From: Myxococcota bacterium
GTDB taxonomy: Bacteria; Myxococcota_A; UBA796
Direction of reading: 5' to 3'
NCBI GenBank assembly: GCA_036127535.1
Contig: JAYYRF010000434.1
Coordinates: forward strand, 1-36,277
DNA length: 36,277 nucleotides
Each line of letters starts with the position of its first letter. Within the stretch, counting starts at the first letter, position 1. Below are positions 17,707 to 26,245 of this stretch, in pieces. Position numbers and translations under genes: made by a program. Under the pieces are notes generated by a model that did not search any database, was not told where the DNA came from, and was given only the letters and a program-made list of their open reading frames with translations.

Positions 17707-19428
17707 CTACTCCAAATTAAAGGATGTTGCGAGTATAAATTGAGACGAAGATTGGTTGTCCTGAATCAACGATTCCGGTAAACCAAAATACGGTCCTTCA
17801 ATGTAGCTAAAAGCACGAAAAGAAACGGGGCCGGCCTGTAGTTGGGACATTTCAGAGGATAGAAATCCGTGCATGCCATCGTCCCAAGGGAAGGTTCCGG
17901 CAAAACCGGCATTTCCATTCACTTCGAGCAAACCATCCATAAACACACCGAATATAGCGTCTGGATAGGTCATCGCGGGGGTCCATGTGAAATCAAAGTC
18001 TTCACTGCGATCGTGTGTTAAGCCACACAGATCCGGTGTTAGCCAATCCCAATGCGCGGGTACCGTCGGTTGGACTCCTTCTAACAGATATTCCCCCAGT
18101 CCCCCTTCTTCTCCTTGTGTATGTAAATCGTACATTTGCCCGCCGACATAATCGGCCAACGTGAGATTATTATTCGTGTAATAAACCGTTCCGGAAGCGC
18201 TGTCGTAGGTTTTTTCCAAAGTCACGATGTTGGCATCTGACTCAAACCATACATAGTCTCCAGCTCCCAACGTTGTGGGAAACGGACAATCTTCGGCATC
18301 ACCACCTTCGCCGGGAGGATACTCGAAAACACCATTGTTGTCATATGGAGAGGGAGAAGGAGGAGGCTGACCGGCTCCTCCACCACCACACGGAGGATCC
18401 AATGGAATGTAGAAGAGAGCCGAAGCATTCACTCTTTCGACCACTTCACAGGTGCTTTGATCTAGAACGCGTTGAACCGAGAAATCCAACGAAATCGCAA
18501 CACGGGATAAATCCCAGTCCCCGCCGATAACTTCAAAGGCGTCGGGAACGCGCACACTGTCTTCGATGGTTTCAATCACAACGTCGCGATTTCCAAGCGC
18601 AGCCGCATTGGAAAGCGTCATACGACCGTAGAGATTTTCGGCGTCCAAAACCGTCATGTCGTTCACGACGATATCCGGGTTTTCTCCGAAGCGATCAAAA
18701 AACACGATTCGGGGATTTGATGACAAAAAGTCCGTTCCCCGAGCCCGTATGGTAAACTCTACCATTCTGCCTTGTTCTGCAACAACGGGCTCAAATTCCG
18801 CCGCCAAGCCGACGCGATCTATTTTGAATCCATCGTAGAGAACCGCGTAATTTCCAGAACCGGAATCGACCGTTACATTTCTCCATCCCGGAGATGCATC
18901 CGGATCGATGGAAATGGTCGCTTCTGCGAGCGTCGGTGATAAAACGGAAAACTCCAATACTTCTACACCGTCTCCGAAATTCGGCCACGTGAGACCGGAC
19001 TGCCAATCCGTATTTGAGCCGAGAAGTCCAATATCGACCAATTCACCCATTTTTGCGTTGGAAGGCTCCAAAATAAAGCTTTCGGACACAACTTCAAAAC
19101 TGTCCGAGAGTGTGTAATCTCGCCCGTCAGAGGTAACGATCACATCGCGAGCCCCCAATGTTGCACCTGGCTCGATCATGATCTGAGCGCGCGCGTGCCA
19201 ACCGTCGTCTACGGTGACAGAACCGATGAGGATACCTTCTCCAAAATCAACGGTTGTATCCGAAAAAGAAAAGGTAGACCGATTGGCTTCCAAATCGATC
19301 TCCACCTCTTTTCCCAGCCCGCCCGCCGGAGGATACAAGGAGAGTCTTCCTTCTACAAAGGCCTCCTCTTCACCTTGGGTTTTGTCCCCCGTGCACGCCA
19401 ACATCGCAAATGTTGTAAACCAAAACAT
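17707..19428 (-). CDS. Lipoprotein with three Ig-like repeats of about 90 aa and a C-terminal domain of unknown function (operon gene 1)
   Basis: A strong SD (GGGAGGGAGGAAG) precedes the ATG. The lipobox is FAMLAC. Each repeat ends in a similar block: GARDVIVTSDGRDYTLSDSFEV, GWRNVTVDSGSGNYAVLYDGFKI, GNRDVVIETIEDSVRVPDAFEV. Confidence 0.8.
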   Translation of the reverse strand: MFWFTTFAMLACTGDKTQGEEEAFVEGRLSLYPPAGGLGKEVEIDLEANRSTFSFSDTTVDFGEGILIGSVTVDDGWHARAQIMIEPGATLGARDVIVTSDGRDYTLSDSFEVVSESFILEPSNAKMGELVDIGLLGSNTDWQSGLTWPNFGDGVEVLEFSVLSPTLAEATISIDPDASPGWRNVTVDSGSGNYAVLYDGFKIDRVGLAAEFEPVVAEQGRMVEFTIRARGTDFLSSNPRIVFFDRFGENPDIVVNDMTVLDAENLYGRMTLSNAAALGNRDVVIETIEDSVRVPDAFEVIGGDWDLSRVAISLDFSVQRVLDQSTCEVVERVNASALFYIPLDPPCGGGGAGQPPPSPSPYDNNGVFEYPPGEGGDAEDCPFPTTLGAGDYVWFESDANIVTLEKTYDSASGTVYYTNNNLTLADYVGGQMYDLHTQGEEGGLGEYLLEGVQPTVPAHWDWLTPDLCGLTHDRSEDFDFTWTPAMTYPDAIFGVFMDGLLEVNGNAGFAGTFPWDDGMHGFLSSEMSQLQAGPVSFRAFSYIEGPYFGLPESLIQDNQSSSQFILATSFNLE

Positions 19429-19445
19429 AACTTCCTCCCTCCCTT

Positions 19446-19456
19446 CTATTGTAACA
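19446..19456 (-). promoter_or_regulatory. Extended -10 promoter element TGTTACAATAG for the lipoprotein operon
   Basis: On the minus strand, TG-T-TACAAT ends 19 nt upstream of the ATG at 19428. There is no good -35. The same 11-mer occurs at 25274-25284 (+). Confidence 0.45.
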
Positions 19457-19634
19457 TATCGACAAACAGGATAGATTCCCCCTTGTAGATCTCACGTGGG
19501 TATCTTGTCTTTTTTATATCCATGTTTACACTATGTTGTTAGAAAACAAAGCACTCATTGTAAGTCTTGAGAATATCTTTACATTTTTCTAACCCCTATA
19601 TCTCATTTCATTCACCTATACGGAGTCATTAAAA

Positions 19635-20369
19635 ATGAAAGCACCTATTATCGCACTCAGCGTTCTTCTCGGTGGTTGTGCAGCCGCAGATCGCGTTCAA
19701 GAGCTAGAAGAAAAAGTTGTCAACCTCGAAAAAGAAGTTGAAGAACTGAAAAAGAACCCACCCGCAGCCGCCAGTGGCAAAGCCAGCGCCAAAGATACCG
19801 CAAAGGAAAAAGAAGCCGCTGCTATTTACCGCGAAGTCCAAAAAGCACTCAAGGCAGGCGAAATTGACCAGGCCAAAGCAAAGATTGCGGAAATGGAGAA
19901 AAAATACAGCGACACCCGTCTTTGGAGAAGAGCGCAAAGAACCCAAGCGGAACTGAATATCATTGGAAAAGAATCTCCGAAAGCACTGGAAAATATTGAG
20001 TGGTACCAAGGAGATGGCGAAAGCACAGACCTATCTTCCGGAACAACCCTTGTCGTATTTTGGGAAGTTTGGTGTCCACACTGCAAACGAGAAGTTCCCG
20101 CTTTGGAGAAGCGCTATCAAGAACTCAAAGGCAAAGGCCTCAAGGTAGCGGCTCTCACAAAGCTGTCTCGCAATACCGAGCCCCAAAAAGTCAAAGACTT
20201 TATGGCTGAGAACAAGGTGACCTATCCCGTCGGAAAAGAAGATGGGAAATTGAGCGCAACCTTCGCCGTAAGCGGTATTCCCGCAGCTGCCGTCGTAAAA
20301 GATGGAAAGATTGTTTGGAGAGGACACCCTTCCGGTCTGAGCGACGAAAAACTACAAGGCTGGCTCTAA
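19635..20369 (+). CDS. TlpA/ResA-like thiol:disulfide oxidoreductase lipoprotein (thioredoxin fold)
   Basis: The lipobox is LLGGC. A coiled-coil-like Lys/Glu-rich linker follows. The thioredoxin motif is VVFWEVWCPHCKREVP (CxxC), and GIPAAAVV (cis-Pro loop) is present. Confidence 0.88.
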   Translation: MKAPIIALSVLLGGCAAADRVQELEEKVVNLEKEVEELKKNPPAAASGKASAKDTAKEKEAAAIYREVQKALKAGEIDQAKAKIAEMEKKYSDTRLWRRAQRTQAELNIIGKESPKALENIEWYQGDGESTDLSSGTTLVVFWEVWCPHCKREVPALEKRYQELKGKGLKVAALTKLSRNTEPQKVKDFMAENKVTYPVGKEDGKLSATFAVSGIPAAAVVKDGKIVWRGHPSGLSDEKLQGWL

Positions 20370-20391
20370 ACATCTGCCTTCATGTATCAAA

Positions 20392-20417
20392 ATGCCCACA
20401 TCGGGCATTTTTTTTTT
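20392..20417. terminator. Bidirectional rho-independent terminator shared by the convergent TlpA-like and zinc-ribbon genes
   Basis: ATGCCC-ACATC-GGGCAT is followed by T9 on the + strand. On the - strand the same stem is followed by TTTGATAC and preceded by A9. Confidence 0.75.
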
Positions 20418-21564
20418 AGTCTATGCCGTATAACAGACGACAAGACCGAGAATATGTTTCCCACTCTGGCCAGGCCGTAGAATGGTTCTCTTCGGATAGA
20501 TCTTTCTGAATTTTCGATATACGCAAAGGAATAATTTTCATTTCGGAGAACCAAACGGGGAGTACATCACACAATTTTTGAAAACTTCTTCGTTCTGAAG
20601 AAGCATCGTACCCCGGCAGGGAAGAAAAATCGCTTACGCCTTCAACAATGCGAATACAAACCCCTTCTCCATGTAAGTCGATGACACCAATTCTTTCTTC
20701 TCTGCTTTTCACCCGAACACTTTGTCTCTTCTTCTGCCCCAGTCTCCCAGAAACTCTCTGGGTCGTATGCCGAAAAAAAACCTCTTCCACCATCCCCAAG
20801 ACAGCGATCTTAGGTATAAAAATGAGTTGCTCTACAACCGGATATTCTCGCTTGTCCAACCAAAGCGGCTGATCGCAGATCAAAAACGCTTTGCCCTTAA
20901 ATCCCAAGCAACTCTGTGCGCTGGGCTGCTGCAGTACAAGAGCCTTAGAAATCATTGCGGAACGCAAACCAAAAAAAGCGCGGTATCTTCGCAATTTATC
21001 TTCCAAATCTGCTTTTTTATCTGCCCAAAGGGCAAACGAGGGATGGGCTCGACTCGCCAAAGAACGTGCTCGCATTCGTGGTACGGAGAGAATGTCCGAT
21101 AAAGACGAGCCTTTGTCTACATCTCCCAACCCCTCCATAAAAAGGGCGACATATTTATTCCCCCACGAAATATCGACGTCTCGACCCAAATTTCGCTTAA
21201 ATTGAAGCGCTCGCTGCGCCAAACGGTTCAGCAGTATTTTTTTTTGCTCTCGGTTCTCCGCTTGGATTAAATGTTGGTAAATCACCTGCAATTCCTCAAA
21301 ATCTTCCTCTTGCTCTACAAGGGAAATTGCACCTTCATCGAGCATGGGTAGAGGACTTTCTGTCTCCAAAGGGACGGTTTCAATCTCGAGGTGCGGTAGT
21401 TCCTCTTCTTCTTTCGACATTGCGGAGAGCAAGGACTGTGGTGCTTTCTTTCCGGTCAAAACCTCCTGCATCAAGCGATCGAGTTCGGGATCCAACACAG
21501 TGGAGCAGTAAAGACACGAACGTGCCCCCGGCGTGTTCTTTTTTCCACACGATGGGCACTTCAT
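20416..21564 (-). CDS. Hypothetical protein with an N-terminal zinc ribbon
   Basis: MKCPSCGKKNTPGARSCLYCSTVL provides CxxC...CxxC, followed by an acidic linker and about 280 aa with no motif I recognise. The ATG at 21564 forms an ATGA overlap with the upstream stop. The TTG at 21606 is less likely. Confidence 0.7.
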   Translation of the reverse strand: MKCPSCGKKNTPGARSCLYCSTVLDPELDRLMQEVLTGKKAPQSLLSAMSKEEEELPHLEIETVPLETESPLPMLDEGAISLVEQEEDFEELQVIYQHLIQAENREQKKILLNRLAQRALQFKRNLGRDVDISWGNKYVALFMEGLGDVDKGSSLSDILSVPRMRARSLASRAHPSFALWADKKADLEDKLRRYRAFFGLRSAMISKALVLQQPSAQSCLGFKGKAFLICDQPLWLDKREYPVVEQLIFIPKIAVLGMVEEVFFRHTTQRVSGRLGQKKRQSVRVKSREERIGVIDLHGEGVCIRIVEGVSDFSSLPGYDASSERRSFQKLCDVLPVWFSEMKIIPLRISKIQKDLSEENHSTAWPEWETYSRSCRLLYGID

Positions 21565-23471
21565 GTTTTGTTTCGAAAGAGGATCGGAATCGGGTACCGA
21601 TTCCAACGACCCGAGGCTTGTTTTTCATGTACATCGATGCGACCAAAGGGTGTTGGCATATTGCGTACAGAGACAATTGCACAACCGATTTGAATGGTGT
21701 GATTTTGAATGAGTATGTGATCCAAAACCATCAACAAGAATAACGCAGCCGATAGCGCATCGTCCCCCGCACCCAAAGCACCGCGTTCTCGATGCAATAC
21801 CGATGGAAGCGCCCCCGTGGAAGAAGCCATCTTAGCCAATACTTTTGCGCCGTTAAATTTGGGGTTTTCTCGTTGTCGAATCGCAAGCAAAATTGCAGTC
21901 GCACCAACATGCGCACCACCGTGTAGAAGAACGCCACCCAAATGCTCTCTTTTCGATACAAAATCGACGGTTTTCCGAAGATCCGGGTGTTCGAGTGGAA
22001 CCAAGCCCAGCCAGCCTGCTGCCAGCAAGGCCGCAGAAGAGCCGTCCGGAGCACGATCGGGAGTACAAGACCAAGGAGATTCACCTAAAAACTGTAGAAG
22101 TCCTTCTTTGGCTCTCGCACCCGCCAAACCCCAGCGATGTCGATCCTCATCACTTTGTCCCAAAGCGCGCACACCGTTGAGTAAAGCAGCAATACGCCAA
22201 ATTTCAGACCAGCGCAACGATCCTTCTCGACCAAATATATCGTGACCGCTCGCTTGTATATCCCCCCGAGAAAGAGAATCCAAGACCTCTCTTAACTCTG
22301 TTTCATGTGCTTTGCGCCAAGAGTGCTCTTGAGACCAAAGCAAGAATTCTGTCGCTGCCCAAGCCAAAAAGGATGCAAATTCTGGATCTTTTCGTCTGGT
22401 CTTGAGCCAAAAGCCCAGTCGTTCTCCTGCCACTTGAATAAATCCCAAACGGGTGAGTGCAACGACGCCCAAGCAGCGAGAAATACTGAGTTCCCCCTTG
22501 TCGATTAAGACGCGATACCTCGTTTGCTCGAGCAACCACTGCTCATCTCCGATGTCGATGTAGGAACCCGCATTTAAAAGACCCTTACGATCTGCAACTG
22601 CACCTCTCCACAAAGAGGTCTCGTTCAGCCTCCGCAATGGTGCAATCCGCTTGTAGGGCAACAGCATAAATTGAGAGAACTGGTGTCCTGGGGACAGCTC
22701 TACCCGAAAGATCTCGGCCGCAGAAGCTTGTCCCGCAGAACAGTGAATATCCACAGCATCCACTCTCTCTCTCGCCTCCCCACTTTCGAACAGGGACCAC
22801 AAACTCTCTCTTTTCCAAGTGGAGGAAACCATACTGTTCCCCGAGGAAGATAGGCTCAATACAGGACGCCCATCCGCAAACCAGTTACCTTTTTTGTCCC
22901 GAGAGAGATTAAATATCGGATGTGCACCGTTGCGATCCATGGCGGCGATAATCAAAGCCAAATCTACTTGTATTGATTTTTTGGCGTGAATTCTGGAAAC
23001 CATCGCCCAGGCGATTTCCCCTTCAAAGATGGTTGGCCAATGAAAAATCTCGATGGTAAAATCAGAATGTTGTGCCGTGGTAATAATCGAGTGCCCGTCA
23101 TCGCTCCGTTTTTGCTGGGTTTGTAAGGATGGTGTAGAAGCAGAAGGAAGCTTACCCAAAAAGTATGGGGTTCCATCTACCCGAAACCAAGTGGTAATCA
23201 TGGGACGCTCCAAAACGCCAATCCACCCCCATGCATCGACTCTCGCCTCTCCCACCAGGTCGACCAAACCCAAGACCACTGCGTCTCGCGCAGAAACGGG
23301 CAGGTGCGCTCCGATTTGTGGGAGGTATGCTGGATGCTCAACATCCAATTCTTTAGCGATAGATGCCGGCCACGGCATATCACCTCTTCGGGCAATCACT
23401 TTATGGGTCAACAAACCGCGCGTAACGTGAACGGCATCGGCAAAGTCTTGGCGCTGACCAGAGCCAAGCAT
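21561..23471 (-). CDS. Hypothetical protein, possibly with a divergent (alpha/alpha)6-barrel, GH15/glucoamylase-like C-terminal half
   Basis: This is a long ORF free of internal stops. DGSSAALLAAGWLGLVPLEHPDLRKTVDFV and GALPSVLH...ALSAALFLL resemble GH15-type blocks, but the usual acidic and aromatic residues are not evident. The start is uncertain (ATG 23471 or GTG 23510). The ORF-track start at 23672 lies inside glpD. Confidence 0.6.
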   Translation of the reverse strand: MLGSGQRQDFADAVHVTRGLLTHKVIARRGDMPWPASIAKELDVEHPAYLPQIGAHLPVSARDAVVLGLVDLVGEARVDAWGWIGVLERPMITTWFRVDGTPYFLGKLPSASTPSLQTQQKRSDDGHSIITTAQHSDFTIEIFHWPTIFEGEIAWAMVSRIHAKKSIQVDLALIIAAMDRNGAHPIFNLSRDKKGNWFADGRPVLSLSSSGNSMVSSTWKRESLWSLFESGEARERVDAVDIHCSAGQASAAEIFRVELSPGHQFSQFMLLPYKRIAPLRRLNETSLWRGAVADRKGLLNAGSYIDIGDEQWLLEQTRYRVLIDKGELSISRCLGVVALTRLGFIQVAGERLGFWLKTRRKDPEFASFLAWAATEFLLWSQEHSWRKAHETELREVLDSLSRGDIQASGHDIFGREGSLRWSEIWRIAALLNGVRALGQSDEDRHRWGLAGARAKEGLLQFLGESPWSCTPDRAPDGSSAALLAAGWLGLVPLEHPDLRKTVDFVSKREHLGGVLLHGGAHVGATAILLAIRQRENPKFNGAKVLAKMASSTGALPSVLHRERGALGAGDDALSAALFLLMVLDHILIQNHTIQIGCAIVSVRNMPTPFGRIDVHEKQASGRWNRYPIPILFRNKT

Positions 23472-23548
23472 GGCCGCCAGAGCACGTGCAGAAGCAGCCG
23501 CTTCTTGCACCTCCGACTTGGAGCGGAGAAGGGAGAGAATCTTTTTTC

Positions 23549-25204
23549 TTATTCGTCTCGCCAACGTCGACTCCTCTCTACCTCTTCTTTGTATGCTTCG
23601 ATCTCTTCTTGTTTTTTTGCTTCGTCCCAATTGAGAAGAGCCGCCATTTCTTCTGCGACACGATCCAAACAATTCAGCCCCTGCTCAGTCTCTCGGAAGA
23701 ATACTTGTGTCCTTCGTATTAAAACATCGCGAATCGTCTTTGCGAGCTCTTTCTCTACCGCATATTTGACCTGCGCCATAATTTCGGGTCGCTCGGGGTT
23801 CAACCGCTCTTGCAGTGATGCATCTCGCTTGGCCATTTCACCGACATCTTTACCGCGCACACCATAGGTTTCGGCGAGTAACTGAATGGTGTCTGATTTC
23901 AAAACCTCTCCCGCATCTGTTTGAATTTGATGCATAATATCCGCTAAACCGTTCTCTGGCCAACCGATCGCACCGGGTAGTGCCTCTTGCGCAGTATTGG
24001 CGTTTCGAATGTTACCAGGCAAACGGTCAATCGCACGGAGATACTCTATCGCCTTATCGACGACTTCCGCTCCCATCTTTCGATACGTCGTCAGCTTTCC
24101 GCCCGCGCTTGTGATTAACCCGTCAGACTCAATTTTTAAAACATGCTCACGCGAAACCGCAGATTCGTCATCGCTATTTTCGTCTGCGACCCAGGGTCGA
24201 ACACCTGCCCAAGTCGATATCACATCCCCCTCTTCCAAATGTGCAGTGGGGAAATAGTGGTTGCTGACGTTGATTAAGTAGCGAACATCTTCGCCAGAAG
24301 CGGCGACGTCACCCGGATCAGATTGATAATCGGTATCCGTTGTTCCAATGTAGGTTCGATCTCCCCACGGAATCGCAAACAATACGCGACCGTCCTCGGG
24401 ATGAAAACAAACAATTGCATTGTTGAGAGAAAGTTTTTCCGTCGGAACCACGATGTGAATGCCCTTTGTTGGTCGCAAACGCTTTTTGATCTCTTCCCCC
24501 TTCAATCCGCGAAGACGATCAGACCACGGCCCTGTCGCATTCACCACAGCACGCGCGCGAATTTCTTTCTCTTCCCCGGTGAAGCGATCCAAAACACGAA
24601 CGCCGGCAATCCGATTTTGTTCGTTTTTCACAAAGCCCAAAACCTTGACATACGTCGCGACGGTTGCACCGTGTGCAACGGCATCCAAAGCAGATTCAAG
24701 GGTCAAACGCGCATCGTCCGTGGCACAGTCGTAATATTGAGGTGCCCCTTTCAAATCTTCTTGGCGCAACGAGGGCTCTTGTTTTTTTAATTTTTTCTTG
24801 GAAAGGCTTTTGTGCATTTTGGGAGATCGAAAAAGAGACAATCCATCGTACAACCACATTCCTATATTGATTTCGAGAAGGCTTCGACGAGAATCGCTAA
24901 AGACCGGGAAGAGAAAGCCCTGTGCACGAACGAGATGGGGTGCAATTTTCATTAGAATCCGACGCTCGGACACCGACTCAAAAACCAAGGCAAACTCTGC
25001 GTGTTCCAGGTAACGGAGTCCTCCATGCACGAGTTTTGACGAACGAGAGCTCGTACCAAAAGCGAGATCGTTCATATCGACCATCAACGTTTTCAAACCT
25101 CTCATCGCGGCATCTCTGGCAGCACCAGCCCCGGTAATTCCACCGCCAATAATCAAAACGTCGTACTCTTGCTCTGACAAACCTTTTCTATCTTCCTGCA
25201 TCAT
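23549..25204 (-). CDS. glpD: FAD-dependent glycerol-3-phosphate dehydrogenase
   Basis: YDVLIIGGGITGAGAARDAAMRGL dinucleotide fold, GTSSRSSKLVHGGLRY and GGKLTTYR. The ATG at 25204 is preceded by AGGAGAACACGGA. Confidence 0.9.
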   Translation of the reverse strand: MMQEDRKGLSEQEYDVLIIGGGITGAGAARDAAMRGLKTLMVDMNDLAFGTSSRSSKLVHGGLRYLEHAEFALVFESVSERRILMKIAPHLVRAQGFLFPVFSDSRRSLLEINIGMWLYDGLSLFRSPKMHKSLSKKKLKKQEPSLRQEDLKGAPQYYDCATDDARLTLESALDAVAHGATVATYVKVLGFVKNEQNRIAGVRVLDRFTGEEKEIRARAVVNATGPWSDRLRGLKGEEIKKRLRPTKGIHIVVPTEKLSLNNAIVCFHPEDGRVLFAIPWGDRTYIGTTDTDYQSDPGDVAASGEDVRYLINVSNHYFPTAHLEEGDVISTWAGVRPWVADENSDDESAVSREHVLKIESDGLITSAGGKLTTYRKMGAEVVDKAIEYLRAIDRLPGNIRNANTAQEALPGAIGWPENGLADIMHQIQTDAGEVLKSDTIQLLAETYGVRGKDVGEMAKRDASLQERLNPERPEIMAQVKYAVEKELAKTIRDVLIRRTQVFFRETEQGLNCLDRVAEEMAALLNWDEAKKQEEIEAYKEEVERSRRWRDE

Positions 25205-25273
25205 TCCGTGTTCTCCTGATTTATGATTCTTTTTACACGAATCAATAGCAGACTCAAAGTCACGGATCATATT

Positions 25274-25282
25274 TGTTACAAT
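25274..25282 (+). promoter_or_regulatory. Extended -10 promoter (TG-T-TACAAT) for the crotonase gene
   Basis: TGTTACAAT ends 26 nt upstream of the ATG at 25309. An AGGAGA SD lies at 25298-25303. Confidence 0.4.
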
Positions 25283-25308
25283 AGTAAAGAAAAAAATAGG
25301 AGAAAAGC

Positions 25309-26142
25309 ATGCTTCCCACCGAAATTCAAATTTTAAATCCAAGCCTGTCGACAGATCAGAGAACCCTAACCTTGCTGCTCGATCACGGTCACGTCAACGA
25401 GATGGGCTCGGAGCAGTTGAAAGCATGGGAATATTTAAGCCAATTCCTGCAAAAAGGAGAAATCCGTACTCTGATCACAACATCGCAAAAAAAGAGCAAA
25501 CGGGGTAAATCCATCTTCATCGCCGGCGCCAATGTAAAAGAGCGCGCTGGTTGGCATGAGGATCAAGTTTGCGCGCACGTTCGTTGGCAAAGACGTATAC
25601 TGAAATCACTTCGTTCTTGTCCGGTTTTTCACATTTGTATCGTCGATGGAATGGCATTGGGATGGGGTTTGGAGTTTCTGCTAACCGCAGATTATCGCCT
25701 TACGACCCCTTTATCTAACTTTGGACTTCCCGAGACCAGTCTCGGAATTATCCCAGGCGCCGGTGGTACTTCCGATCTGTGGCAAGAGGTCGGTATTGCC
25801 CACGCACTCCGTTTGGGAATGACAGGAGAAAGAATCGATGCGACGGAAGCGATTCGTATCGGACTGTGTCAGGAAATTTTTTCCGAATGGTCTCTGGCAA
25901 TGGAGCGCGCACAAAGACTTGCGCGGGCGGTCTCGAAGAATTCTCCCACCGCCGTCTCCTCTTTTAAATCTGCGCTGCTCGGATCCATTGGTTCTGAAAT
26001 ATCGCATCGAGAATCATTGGAAACCCTCGCGTATGAGCATTGTGTCCATACAGGAGAAGCCGCAATCGGTCGCGCGCACTTCGGCTCAAAGGAGCCCACC
26101 CCGTGGGGAACACTTCATATTTTCGAATCTGATTCGACATAA
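25309..26142 (+). CDS. Enoyl-CoA hydratase/isomerase (crotonase) family protein
   Basis: ALGWGLEFLLTADYRL and FGLPETSLGIIPGAGGTS contain both canonical catalytic Glu positions. Confidence 0.85.
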   Translation: MLPTEIQILNPSLSTDQRTLTLLLDHGHVNEMGSEQLKAWEYLSQFLQKGEIRTLITTSQKKSKRGKSIFIAGANVKERAGWHEDQVCAHVRWQRRILKSLRSCPVFHICIVDGMALGWGLEFLLTADYRLTTPLSNFGLPETSLGIIPGAGGTSDLWQEVGIAHALRLGMTGERIDATEAIRIGLCQEIFSEWSLAMERAQRLARAVSKNSPTAVSSFKSALLGSIGSEISHRESLETLAYEHCVHTGEAAIGRAHFGSKEPTPWGTLHIFESDST

Positions 26143-26245
26143 AACCCCACTTTGATTCAAAAAATTTGGTAATCCTTTTGCAAGTAGTATGTAAACGCAC
26201 TTGCCGACTGTCCAAATGTAATTACAAACTCAAGGGCGACGAAAA

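Noticed and set aside
23472-23672. A longer start for the 21561.. ORF (703 aa). The same applies to the glpD ORF extension at 25205-25342.
   Set aside because: The first extension lies inside the 3' end of glpD. The second would cross the divergent promoter and the start of the crotonase gene. Internal ATGs with an SD (AGGAGA for glpD) fit better.
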